Shown here: positions 52,165 to 64,000 of the stretch, one piece after another
Position numbering within the stretch: position 1 is the stretch's first letter
How the letters are laid out: each line of letters begins with the position of its first letter
Source: Lama glama
Lineage: Eukaryota
Direction of reading: 5' to 3'
DNA: 64,000 nt
Assembly (NCBI GenBank): GCA_028534125.1
Contig: CM052816.1
Coordinates: 61,072,001 to 61,136,000 of the forward strand
Made by a program: the position numbers and the translations under genes
Notes under the pieces: generated by a model
Databases searched by the model: none
The model's input: the letters and a program-made list of their open reading frames with translations, nothing else
What the model was told of the DNA's origin: nothing

Positions 52165-52345
52165 ATGAATTATTGTTATGGGTGTAGAATTTTTGTTTGG
52201 GATGATGAAAAAGTTCTAGAAATGGATACTGGTAATGGATGCACAACATTGTGAAAATACTCAATGCCAGTGAATTGTACTCTTCAAATTGGTTAAAATG
52301 GTAAATTTTATGTTATGTATAATTTACCACAATAAAACAATAGAT
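52165..52345 (+). mobile_element. L1MB-like 3' end
   Basis: tgtttgggatgatgaaaaagttctagaaatggat...ggttaaaatggtaaattttatgttatg...cacaataaaa. Confidence 0.85.
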
Positions 52346-52519
52346 AAAGGAGATAAAAAAAATCACTCCAGATTATTCCAAGTAGTAACTGAAACTTACT
52401 AAATACCATGATCTTGCCATACTTCAGTTATGTTCTGTAAAGTGGTATCCAAACATTATTATTTGCTTGGTGTCCAGGAATAATAAATACAAACAAATAC
52501 AAATAAATAAATATTGAGG

Positions 52520-52730
52520 GGCTGAACAAGGATTTTATACCCCATGTGTCATTTAATATTCCCAAGATTCCATGAGATAAGTACCATTAGTATCTCCACT
52601 TTGAATAGGAAGTAAAGGCTCAGAAAGTTTAAGTCACTTGTCAAAGTCCACGCAGCTAGTAAGTGGCAAAATCAAGGCTTGACCCAATGTCTGTTTGACA
52701 GCAAATCACTGCTCTTAACTACCACGTTAT
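52520..52730 (-). mobile_element. MIR
   Basis: aggctcagaaagtttaagtcacttgtcaaagtccacgcagctagtaagtggca. Confidence 0.8.
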
Positions 52731-54271
52731 AGCAGTTTGACTATACCAGTTCTGTATTGCATTGTAGGGACTTACAACACAATATCTTTGTGGTTATAAA
52801 AGTCTTTCAAAACTTTCCAGCTATGAGTTTGCTTAAAAGTCTGCCATGTTTATTTTTAAGCTTTTATGTTTCTGTTATGCTTAAAATTGGTTAATTGAGC
52901 TTTCATGGAAATCATTTCTGTGATTATTGTTTTTACAATCACGTTGAATAATGATAATCATGGTACATTTACTCTATTTCAGCTAGAGAGACAGTCAACA
53001 GGAAGGTACAATTTAGGATGCATTTTTAACATGTTTTTCCAAGGTGAAGTCAGCAGCTTTCTGGAAATGCTAAAGAAAAAAAAATCACATAATTATATTT
53101 CTAAACCCAGTAACTTCTGAGTCTCCAGGGTCTGGACCAGGGTTCAGGTTAGGCCTGAATTTAAGAAACATAGTTACCTCATGCATTCTTCTTTCAAAAA
53201 GGAGGCTTAATATACTTCGTTAGTGTCCTGCCAGGCAGCACACTGGTCCTAAGACCCACTCCCTACTTCTCCTTCATCCTCCCATCAGAAGTGAGTTGGT
53301 AGAATTTAGGGCCCCCTCTTTTTTTCCTGGCATGACTCAGAGCTCCTGCAAAGGTCTTGGAACCAATCCATTGCCTTAGATGCTATTATGAGTTTCAAAT
53401 CTGAACCCGTCCTAGATGGACTATTAATAGGAGCACATTTCTTTGGGCCTTTCAGCTGACCCTTCAGACACTGAAGACTGAAGTTTGGAATGCAGTTAAG
53501 TTACCTTGGGTTTAAAGTGCAGATGAACAGCCACAAAATAAAAATGTGTCTGCAGGGAGCCTGCTTATAACTTTGCATTGTACTGAGTTAATTTTCCCTA
53601 ATAAAATTGAATTTATTCATTTAAAAAAAGAAATGCTGTTCCCAGAACTGTCAAGACAAATGTAAATTTAAGAGCACTACACACTCACTCCTAATGTTAA
53701 AAGCAATTAAAAATGATCAATATGAACAAAACTTTTAGAATGAAGAGGAGAAAGTACATTTCATTCCAAGAGCTCGTCCAGTCATGCAGAACTGAAGTCT
53801 GAGCATGCAAGTAACTCAGTTAATCAGAGTGAAGAGAGATGACTGAAAAAGGCCTGTAAGGGATAGAAAGAATATATAAAAATTGGATGAGCATGCAGAA
53901 ACCAAAATATCCAGAGGACTGACGCTTTTGAAGTCCAAAAGATTTGACATTGAGAATATTTTCCATATTCTTGGTTAAGAATCTATGAAATGTTCTCCCA
54001 CAAATGTCTATTGCCTGTAAACATGCCTCAGTCATTGTGCAAATGTCCGGCACTAGACATTCTCATCTGAAAAGAAGGAGTGCCTCCCACTGTAAGGTAT
54101 GCACAAGGATTAGTGAATGTACACTCAACGTCCATTCTCCTTGCTCCTGGAGGGAAGCTGTGGAATAGAGAATACAGAAAAACAGAGGAAAACCCCTAAA
54201 TCACTGATACTTCAGTTTGAAACATATTTGTTACATGTAAATCACTTGCCTATTTTTATCCTTACTGAGGC

Positions 54272-54445
54272 CAGGATTTCTCAGTTTCAAAGTTACTGAC
54301 CTTTTGGATCTGATAACTCTTTTTTGTGGGTACTCTGTGCAATATAGGGTGTTAACAGCCTCCCTGATTCCTATCATGAGATGCCAGTTGTGACAACCAA
54401 AAAGTTCCCTGAGGAGGCAAAATCAGTCCCCACTGAAAAGCACTG
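54272..54445 (+). mobile_element. MER20 (hAT-Charlie)
   Basis: caggatttctca...gataactc...agatgccagttgtgacaaccaaaaa...ggcaaaatc...tgaaaagcactg. Confidence 0.8.
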
Positions 54446-54476
54446 ATTTACACCAGTATCAAAATTAGTCATTTAG

Positions 54477-54669
54477 TGGGGGAAGGGATAGCTCAGAGGT
54501 AGAATGCTCGTTTAGCATGCACAAGGTTCCGGGTTCAATCCCCTCCATCAAAATAAATAAATAAATAAACAAACAAACCTAATTACTTTCCCCCCCCCCC
54601 AGAAAAAATAACATGAAAAAAATTAAGTGAATAAAAAAAAGAATGTACTGCAAAAAAATAAATAATAAC
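54477..54669 (+). mobile_element. tRNA-derived SINE (Vic-1-like) with TSD
   Basis: gggatagctcagaggtagaatg...ccgggttcaatcccc; TSD core tagtcattt at 54466-54474 and 54670-54678. Confidence 0.9.
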
Positions 54670-55324
54670 TAGTCATTTCTGCTGGCACATAACAGCTAGA
54701 TGGTAGAGAAAGTAGTTTAAGAGATTATAAGAAGAATCTGGCCCAGGAAAAAGAAAATTTATTGCAGATAATCTACAGTGTAGATAATCAACAAGTAATT
54801 TAAGGAAATTAAATATAGGGCTGGGAACATCTTATTAGAAACAAGGTTCTCAACTGGTACACAGTGAGTGATTAAGGCTGATATAAATACCGGACACAGC
54901 TATAATCACCTTCCGGCCGCCAGACCCCAGCCACTGAAGATCAAATCAAGCATTCCCTTTATAGAACTGAATGACTTGCTACACATTGTGCAATTGAGAG
55001 TTCGCTTGTTTTTCATTCATTGACAGCTGGTCTAGCAGAAAGGCTGCCAGACCCTTGGGTCGTGCAACCAAGTCTCAAAAAGCATATTGGGCCTGAGGAG
55101 ATGAAACGGTATTGAGAAAGGATTTTGAGAAAGAGGCAGTAGTCACTTCTAACTTAAACAGAAATTTGATGGTGCTGCCGACACATTTAGGCAAAGTATG
55201 GTTTAATTTCCTTTACTGTTTTGTATATATTTTATGGACAAAAATCTTTTTTCTATCAGAAAGTCTTAAGCAGGCTGGCATATGAATTAGTGCTCTGAAG
55301 ACCAGCACTACAAAATACAGGCTA

Positions 55325-55795
55325 AACCTCCTCATGCCCCCTTCTAGTCACCACGTCCCCCAAGGATACCACTAGACTGATTTCTAACAGCAGAGATAAC
55401 TTTTACCTTTTTTTGTACTTTATTTAAGTGGATTAATGCCTATAATTTTGTGTTGGGCTTCTCTCACTCAACATTATTTTGTGAGATTTATCCAGGTTGT
55501 GGTGTGTAACTGTAATTTGTTCTTTCCATTGTCATGTATTATTCCAATGAGTTACATGCCACAATTAATTTCTCTCCTGTTTGGTTGTTTCCAGTTTAGG
55601 ATTATTAAAAATAGTGATTCTGGGAACTCTATTCAATATCTTGTAGTAACCTATAATGAAAAAGAATATGAAAAGGAGTATACGTATGTATGTGTGTGAC
55701 TGAAACATTATGCTGTACACCAGAAACTGACACAACATTGTAAACTGACTATATTTCAATTAAAAAAGAAAGTGTTTCTATGAGCATAACATAGG
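55325..55795. mobile_element. Old minus-strand L1 3' region with a nested plus-strand young L1 3' end (~55622-55770)
   Basis: ctcactcaacattattttgtgagatttatcc (minus L1); gggaactctattcaatatcttgtagtaacctataatgaaaaag...tcaattaaaaaa (plus L1). Confidence 0.8.
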
Positions 55796-55879
55796 CTAGA
55801 AAAGGTACATTCTTTAGAAGAATACGTATGTTAACACATCTCTTCTGGTTCTTCCGTTAATCACGCTGACTGGGTCCTG

Positions 55880-58080
55880 AACTCTGTTGTCTGCCCAGTG
55901 TGTAGCATTTAACAAAAATGTTGTACAGATGAGCCTGTGGACTAGGAAAACGTGTACTCAGCTGTATTTATATCATGTTCAACAACCACACTCTTTGCAT
56001 GTTCAGCAACAGATTTCTATTTACTTATCTACTTAGAGGAAAAGCTAGAGTTAAGGGATATGTCCAGGGGTTGATCCTTGAATCTAAGTGTATGTAACAA
56101 TTTTATTAGTGAATTTAATGAAGACTTCCAGAGAAGGCATTTATTGTATACTTAACATAGTGCCTGGAAAAAGGAAATCACACACTTGTTGAATGAATGA
56201 GTAAATAAATGGATGAATGGCAAAATGGATGTTACTTGACTAAGTCAGGGACAAAATCAATGTAGTTTGTAAGAAAAAAAATCACTTAAGAAAATAATAA
56301 CATTAACAAGGTATAGTAGTTTGCCCAAGAAAGAGAGCCAGAAAATGAATGAGCTGGGTTCCAAGCTCAGGCTGTCCAGCTTCAAAATACTTTACTTCTG
56401 AACCAAGTAGAATGATCAGAAAAGAAAAGCTAATAGGGATGAATGTAAGTCCCTAAATTTAAGAGGAAAAAATAAATTGCACAAGTGCAGAATTGTATAC
56501 TGCTAATGGCCACAATTCATAGAAGAGATCTGATGGTTTTGGTTGATCACAGTCTCGGCTGAGCCCACAGTGTTTTGCTCTACTAAAGTGACTGCCGATG
56601 GCATTATTTCATTCTTTTTTATGGCTAAGTAGTATTCCATTATAAATAATGCCATTTGCAGCAACATGGATGGACCTAGAGACTGTCATACTAAGTGAAG
56701 TCAGACAGAGAAAGACAAATATCATATGATATCACTTATATGTGGAATCTAAAAAAAATGACACAAATTAACTTATTTACAAAACAGAAACTGATTCACA
56801 GACACAGAAAACAAACTATCCAAAGGGGAGAGGTAGGGAGGGATAAATTTGGAGTTTGGGATTAGCAGATACAAACTACTATATACAAAATAGATAAAAA
56901 CAAGGTCCTGCTATATAGCACAGGGAAATATATTCAATACCTTTTAATAACCTATGATGAAAAAAATATATATATACATATAACCGAATCACTATGCCGT
57001 ATGCCAGAAAGTAACACAACATTGTAAATCAACTATATTTCAAAAAAAAAAAGGAAAAAAACGTTACTGCCATCAGAGGCTGCATTAATTAACATAAAAT
57101 ATTCCATTTGAAGCAGGAAAAGTCCTGTTCAAACCAGCTCAACACCTTTCATTTTTCTCTAGCCAATGTCTTGGATAAGATGTTATAAAAAGATTCAGCA
57201 CCTTATCCCTGTGTTTCTGTGTTTTATGGTCACTGAAAACATACAGGCTTTACTTCATATGGACGAGAAACCAAGAACAGATTAAGACACTCCTATGTAA
57301 CCATTCAGGATTACTGATCTCTTGTTTCAGGTCCAGTTCTTGCGCTCTAACTGTTCCCCTTACTTGACATTTTGGATTGTCTTTTACTTCTGGCCCACAC
57401 TTACGTGGGAAGAGGCCATCAAATGTCTTTTCTTATAGCTCACAGACCCAAGCCAGCAAGGTTGACTCTCACAACCAACCTAAAAATCCTGACCTGGGTC
57501 AAGCCCTGGGCACTAGTAATTTGGAAAGGAGATTTACTCTAGGTGGAACACTGAAATGGGTTATGGCAGTCTTGTTAAGACAAATACTGATAAGCTAAGG
57601 ACATAAGATAATCAAAATGATCAAATATCTTGAAGCCATATCACACGTGCACATTTGATCTTAGCCAAAAGACTGAAAAAGAATGTGTCATACAAGGAAA
57701 GGCTGAAGAGACTGGAGAAGTATTTTACCTGGACAAGTAAAGGCAATGGTGTGTGATGAACATGAGTGTGTTTTGCATGTGACCAGCTGTTACCCAGAAA
57801 AAGAAAGAGTCTTAATCTCATTTTATAAGTAGGAAGTGCAAATGCATGAAAGCTTTAAGGGGGTATTTTGGGTTCATGGGAGGAAGATCTGAACCATAAA
57901 GAGGCATCTATTGTAGTCATGTTTACACAATGAAGACAATGTACTGTCCTTTGAAACTGAAAAATTCCGGGGGAGAGTTGGCTTCAGATTTGAGAGGAAA
58001 ATGGGGGCAAAAATACAACAGAGGTAAGGAATCCACAACATCCATGAGTCACTTTAACTTATCTCTAAAGGTTGGAGAGT
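55880..58080 (+). mobile_element. Fragmented L3/CR1 LINE (RT region), interrupted by other TEs
   Basis: gaagagatctgatggttttggttgatcac...gagcccacagtgt...|L1|...gccatcagaggctgcattaat; tcatacaaggaaaggctgaagagactgg (SYKERLKRL, similar to CR1 'YEERLKELGLF'). Confidence 0.65.
56597..57058 (+). mobile_element. 5'-inverted (twin-primed) L1 3' end
   Basis: 56598-56643 is antisense L1 and 56644-57058 is sense L1 with an A tail; degenerate TSD aaagtgactgcc / aacgttactgcc. Confidence 0.8.
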
Positions 58081-59049
58081 TTTACGGTCAATTTCTTGGA
58101 AGAGGTTGGTCTTTCAAGTATTCTGAAGAATAGAATGGAGATGATTTTCAGGGAAACAATGGAAGACTGTTCACCACAGTCCAGCTGGGGCTGAGAGAAG
58201 AGAATAATGGATGTAGTAAGGGGCTCTCTGACTAGACTGGAATGAGACGTGTGCAGAAGAATGAAAAGATAGGAAATCTGAGACAGTGGCAGAGCAGTCG
58301 ATGAGTAAGTTCTATTCCAGCTCTCGTGGTATCTATGAAACACTCTAGGTCACAGACTCCTAAAAAGTTCTTAAATGTTTACCTAAATGTAAAATGAGAT
58401 CTTCTTATCTAGAAAATATAATTATGTATAAAAATATATCACTATGTTATTAAAATATCATATCATTAGGTAATTTGCCAAAAAGTCTATGAGAATATTT
58501 ACAGGCTATTCCTAAAGAAAATATCAAAGTAATATATGAAATGTTGAGATACTATTCTATAACATATGTTTCTATATTTGTAGCATATCTCTGGGAAAAG
58601 ATACAAGAAGTTGATAGTAAGTAGAGGCATCTAGGAGGGAGATCCGGGCAGGGTTTGGGGGTGAGAAGGATAATTTCATTTGATACCTTTGGAACTACTT
58701 GAAATTTTATGTTATATGTGTAATTACCTACTCAACTGTAACTAAATAATTAATAAAATAGTAATCTTTTATTCCTGTTTTCAATGTCAAAAGTTTGAAA
58801 GATGCCATATACATTTTTCCATTGATCTGACTGCTGCTTTTAATCTCCCTCCCTTTCCACATAATTTAGATCCTCTTTTAACATGTTCCTTTTGACAAAG
58901 AATATGGCTGAATAAAAATAGGTGTTTGACCTAACTTGTTAATTTGAGGGCAAGCTCTTGAACCAGACTTACCTTCTTTTCCTTGCTCTTGGTCATTGTG
59001 GCATCTCGGTAGGAAAATTCCTGGGGTGGTAATGGCTAGAAGTGATTTA

Positions 59050-59640
59050 AGTGATCACCTCTCAGTGTGTCCAATTCCCCCCAACCCACTGCTACTACTG
59101 TCACCTGGGACATCAGATAATGTCTCCTGGCTACTTCCACAATCTTCTCAGTGGTCTATCTTTAGTCCCATCTCTCTCCAATTTACTCTCCACATCGTGG
59201 CCAGAGATCTAATCATGTCACCCTTGGTCAAAACCCTAGGATGGCTCACCACTATCCTTAGGAAGAAGTCCAGATCTCAGCCTTTCGGGATGTGCACCCC
59301 CTCTTCATTATCGTCCCTTGCCACTCCCCACTTCTGTGCTCCAGTCTTCCCATCCCTGGCCCTCTCTTACTCCTGAAACAGTCTGATACGCCATCTTTGC
59401 CTGGCTAACTCCTATCCTTGAATTCATGTAGAGATCACATCTCTTGGAAAGCCTCTCAGCCCCCCAAATCTGGGTTACAAAAACCTTTGCAGGCACTTCC
59501 AGAATACCCTGTGCTTTCCTTTCATTGACTATGACTTCTTTGCTCTGTACTCACTTTACTTTCTCTACTTTCCACATGAGACTCTCACCTCCATGAAGAC
59601 AGGGACCATTTGCGTATATGCCCAGACCTGAGCACAAATC
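59050..59640 (+). mobile_element. L2 3' region
   Basis: ctccacatcgtggccagag...atcatgtca...cttggtcaaaaccct...ctccatgaagacagggacc. Confidence 0.75.
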
Positions 59641-60263
59641 TCAGAATGGATTTAAGCTTAAGCCAACTGGAGGTATATTCAGGAGGAAAGAACTACTCTT
59701 CCTCATGTGTCGAAAAATAAGACTGTCATATTTGGTCATGGAGACTCGCCTGACAGGAACCTCAGATAAGAGGGATCTTATCAGTTTAATTCATTAAATT
59801 GTGTTAATATAGTTTTGTTCATGAATATTGTCTTTGCTGAATTCCTGGAAGGAAGGCATTAGAATGTTTCCTTTGGGTTGAGGGTATATTTATGTCCAGG
59901 ACACATATTAACACGACTAGATCTGCTGTTAGAGAATTCTACAGTATAAAAATACCTGGACATCTAATTTTATTTGATTTGAACTTTATGAAAATTTCCT
60001 GAAAAGTCCCCTTTGGCTTGCCACCACTCTTATTCTTACAGCTCCTACCTTTTTGCAAAATACTCCTAAATAACCTCTTTCCAGTTTATAGTATTTTGCC
60101 CTACTCCGAACACATGCTTTTTATCTCTGAATAAAATGGTTGAAATTCAATTCTTACAAAATCATACGTTTGTAGTTTCTCAATTTTAAGATGTCAGCGT
60201 TTTTTGGTGGTTTTTTTTTTTTCCTTTTCAAGGAGGAAACAAATACAAAATTGAATGGAGCCA

Positions 60264-60553
60264 ACAGTTTTAAGGCTTATCACAAGTTCAGCTATGTTAT
60301 GACATGGAAGAGTCTGTGCCTTAAATAAACACACACACACACAAACATACATTCATTTGAAGATGAGAAGGAAAGAAAATACAGCAAAATATTAAGGTTG
60401 GTGGGATTACAGTTTTAAGGCTTATCACAAGTTCAGCTATGTTATGACATAGAAGAGTCTGTGCCTTAAATAAACACACACACACACAAACATACATTCA
60501 TTTGAAGATGAGAAGGAAAGAAAATACAGCAAAATATTAAGGTTGGTGGGATT
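60264..60553. repeat. 145-bp direct tandem duplication, 1 mismatch
   Basis: Copies at 60264-60408 and 60409-60553; the only difference I see is gacatGgaag vs gacatAgaag. Confidence 0.95.
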
Positions 60554-62141
60554 TGGAATTATGATTAATTTTTGTTTTCTTTGTTCACTTTTCCCCAATG
60601 TTTCTATAGGAGGGAGGACTGTATTTTTTATGCATAATCAGCAAATAATGAATAAACTTTAAAAAAAGGTATGTTGTATTTAACATGTCTTTTGCTTCTC
60701 TGCCAGATGCTTGAGGTCTCTGAGTTCTCAATTTATGAAATGAATTTATGGAGAAATAAGATACTCTTGTCTTAACTTTGGGCTACATACTCTATCCATT
60801 TGAGCCTAGTATTAATGCCTCTGCTTGTGGTCTTCTCACAGGAATGCCATTTTTCCTTCTGGATGTAATTTCATGCAAAGCTTTAACATAGTCCTCAGCT
60901 CACTATTCCTTGCATGGCTGCCCATTTTTGTCTCCATCTGCGTTGCATGTTTTAGGACATTCACAAAATGAATTAGGGCCTCTGACATAACTGCACAATG
61001 TGAAACAAATAGGACATTACAGCAATCAGTTACCCAGAGCCTACAGACAATACTAGATTTTGTGACTATTTGATCAAATTAGTTAATGGTGGAAAAATTG
61101 CTTAGTGGGTGTTCAGTAAATGTTCTTTCCTTCTCGTGCTCATGATGCCTGAGACAAGAACAAAGCAGCTGAAGAATAATGTTTCCTTCTATTTCTTTTG
61201 CCTGAAACATTTCTTGCCCAAACAATCTGTAGATTTTATGGATCCCTTTTCTTTTCTTTTTTTTTATTAAAGTACAGTCAGTTTACAATGCTGTGTCTAT
61301 TTCTGGTGTACAGCAAAATGTTTCAGTCATACATGAACATACATCTATTTGTTTTCATTATAGGTCACTACAAGATATTGAATATAGCTCCCTGTGCTAT
61401 ACAGTAGAAACTTGTTATCTGTTTTGTATATGGTACTTAGCATAAGCAAATCTCGAACTCCCAATTTATCCCTTCCCACCCCCTCCCCTACCAGTAACCA
61501 CAAGTTTGTTTTCTATGTCCACGAGTCTGTTTTTGGTTTATAAATAGAATTTGTATCATTTTTGTTTTTAGATTCCACGTGTAAGTGATATCAGAAGGTA
61601 TTTGTCTCTGTCTGAGGTACTTCACTTAATGATAATCTCTAGGTCCATCTATGTTGCTGCTAATGGCATTATTTCATTCTTTTTTATGGCTGAGTAATAT
61701 TCCATTGTACATATACACCATAACTTCTTTATCCAGTCCTCTGTTGATGGACACTTATATTTTTGATTTCATGTTTTGGCTATTGTAAACAGTGCTTCTA
61801 TGAACATGGGAGTGCATATATGATTTTGAATTAGAGTTTCTTCAGAATATATGCCCAGAAATGGGATTGCTGGATCATATGGTAAGTCTATTTTTGGTTT
61901 TTAAAGGAATCTCCATACTGTTTTCCATAATGGCTGCACCAAACTACATTCCCACCAATAGTGTAGGAGGCTTCCCTTTTCTTCACACCCTTTCCAGCAT
62001 TTATCATTTGTAGACCTTTTAATGATGGTCATTCTGACCAGAGTGAAGTGATAACTCATTGTAGTTTTGATTTGCATTTCTCTGATAATTAGTGATATTG
62101 AGTGGTTTTTTTTATGTGCCTATTGGCCAGTTGTATGTCTT

Positions 62142-62265
62142 TTTTTTAATTTGGGGGAGGTAATTAGGTTTATTTATTTATGTTTAGAGGAAGTACTAGG
62201 GATTGAACTCATCACCTTGTGCTTGCTAAGCATGCACTCTACCACTTGAGCTATACCCTCTCCCC
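62142..62265 (-). mobile_element. tRNA-derived SINE (Vic-1-like), 3' unit of a tandem pair
   Basis: gggattgaactcatcaccttgtgcttgctaagcatgcactctaccacttgagctataccctctcccc. Confidence 0.9.
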
Positions 62266-62438
62266 TAGAGCTTTATTTTTTTTAATAGGTTTTTTTTGGA
62301 GGGGGGCAGTAATTAGGTTTACTTATTCATTTTAAATTTTATTTTATCATTATTACTTTTAACAGAGGTACTGGGGATTGAACCCAGGACATCATGCATG
62401 CTAAGCATGCACTCTATCACTGAGCAATACCCTCCCCT
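62266..62438 (-). mobile_element. tRNA-derived SINE (Vic-1-like), 5' unit of a tandem pair
   Basis: ggggattgaacccaggacatcatgcatgctaagcatgcactctatcactgagcaataccctcccc. Confidence 0.9.
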
Positions 62439-62574
62439 TTGTATGTCTTGATTGGAGAAATGTCAAAGCATTTTTTAAAAAGCTCATTAGGTAGAAGAAA
62501 CATGGGGAGAAGCATGAGCTCCCTCAATTAGTAGTGCAGAGCTCCCCCAAAAGAAAATTTTTTTGCTGTCTAAT

Positions 62575-62710
62575 GATTTTTTAAAATTGAAGTATATTGA
62601 TGTACAATATTACATAAATTTTAGGTGTACAACAGAGTGATTCACACTTTTTAAAGGTTATACTCCACACATTATAGTTATTATAAAATATTGGTTATAT
62701 TCCCTGTGCA
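62575..62710 (-). mobile_element. L1 extreme 3' end
   Basis: ttgaagtatattgatgtacaatattacataa...ggtgtacaac...ttggttatattccctgtgc. Confidence 0.8.
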
Positions 62711-62889
62711 AGAAAACTTTCTTACCTACTCACTACATACATGGTCATTCAATACTTGCCCAATCTTGGGCATTTAGCCTCCAACTTAAAATTCATATTG
62801 TTTTAGCCATTTTCATGAAAGAAATCAGTTGCTTTTTAAAAAATTAACTTCTTCTTTTTTCCATCATGCATCTATGAAGAACCGTAGCG

Positions 62890-63945
62890 CCTACCCACTC
62901 CCGTGGCTCCAGCTACCATCTCTATGCCAGTGGCTTCCTGTTCTCCATCTCTTGCCCAGATCTCTCTCCTGGGTCCAAGATGACCAACTGCCAGCTAGAT
63001 ACTTCAACTTGGATATGCCAGCAGCATCTTGTGTACTATACATTCAAAACATACTTAGCATCCTCTTCTCAAACCCTTCTCTCATCTTTAATTTCCTACG
63101 TAGGTGAACAGCCTCACCACCAACCTAGTTTCCCAAGCCTGTCATCTTTGACCCATCCCTGTCCATCGTCCCTCATATTCAAATACCAAGTCTTGTTGCT
63201 TTTACTTGCTACACCTATCTCAAACCCCTTCTCTCCATCACCACTGCCGCTAACAGTCCAGGCTACTAATATTTCTCATCCCAGTTAATGCGTTAGTCTT
63301 CTAAATCATGTCCTTGCCTTTGGTCTCTATCCTTGAAGATCCAGTCTGTTGTGGTTGGAGGGATCATTCTAAAACAGAAACCCAATCACGTCACTCTCCT
63401 GCTACAAATAACATACTGAATATCCCCTGCCCTCGGAATTAAGTCCAAATTTCTCAACCTAGCTTTACAAAAATTTCATGATCTGGTCCCCACTATTTCT
63501 ACAGCTTCATCCCCTCCAATCGCCCCTTCTCCCAAACCTTGCTGTAGCCACAGTGAGTTTCTTTTTTGTAGCTCTATCATTTCCTGGTCTTTGTGTACAC
63601 TATACTCACCACTTGGAACACTCTGCCTTCTCTGCACCACCTGATACCGGTTATCAACTACACTTAGTCTCAGATTCAGTGTAAGTGTTCCTTGGGAAGC
63701 CTTACTCCCGCCCAAGACTGAGTGAGGTGCCCCTTCTTACTCCTGACACCCCATACTCGTTCCTCTATTTTAATTTTTTGTTCCCTTGTCTGTATCCCGC
63801 TGCTAGATTGTTAGCCCACTAAGGACAAATACAATGTCTTGTTTACTTTTATATCTCTTGTAAAGTGATCTTGTCTTGGAGAGAACCCAGTAAAGTTCTG
63901 AGAGCAGTAAGCTCTCAATGAACACTTGTTGAGCTAATGAATAAA
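62890..63945 (+). mobile_element. L2 3' region
   Basis: cccagatctctctcctgg...caactgcc...atcacgtcactctcctgct...gctctcaatgaacacttgttga..taatgaataaa. Confidence 0.85.
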
Positions 63946-64000
63946 GCAGAAGTACCAGGTTTCCTGGCTGCTCAAACACCGATAAATAAAGCTTGGGTTA

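Larger units (their letters stand above)
61254..62465 (-). mobile_element. Young L1 3' portion interrupted by two SINEs
   Basis: Reverse-strand counterpart of the 45264-46135 family; resumes as gtatgtcttgattggagaaatgtc after the SINEs. Confidence 0.92.

Noticed and set aside
38600..64000. Exons of a neighbouring protein-coding gene (NLN lies upstream of ERBIN in human, from memory)
   Set aside because: I found no recognisable coding exon; the region reads as intergenic TE-rich DNA. Small or non-coding exons could be missed by eye.
1..64000. A previously undescribed multi-gene biological system
   Set aside because: The window is explained by the ERBIN 5' region plus common mammalian TEs; nothing supports such a system.

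Overview
This is mammalian genomic DNA, most likely from a camelid, judging by about 10 copies of a tRNA-derived Vic-1-like SINE and cetartiodactyl-type L1 3' ends. The window holds the 5' end of ERBIN (ERBB2IP) on the minus strand: a CpG-island promoter (~36.9-38.5 kb), non-coding exon 1 (donor at 36728), a 32,961-bp intron 1, and a 48-nt non-coding exon 2 (3719-3766). The gene identification comes from my recollection of the human 5'UTR plus perfect splice signals. The start-codon exon should lie just left of the window. The rest is intronic or intergenic DNA dense in transposable elements (L1, L2, L3/CR1, MIR, ERV1/ERVL/MaLR LTRs, hAT and Tigger DNA transposons). I can support no protein-coding exon: the ORF track is explained by TE remnants, GC-rich promoter DNA and chance. 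I found no convincing novel biological system. The observations most worth checking are three uORFs in the ERBIN leader, inverted SINEs around micro-exon 2, a double hairpin that looks like a templated insertion (8611-8694), an ancient palindromic element upstream of ERBIN, a SINE dimer inside one TSD, a twin-primed L1, a three-layer TE nest and a 145-bp near-perfect tandem duplication. TE family names are from memory of consensus sequences, and boundaries without a stated TSD are approximate.
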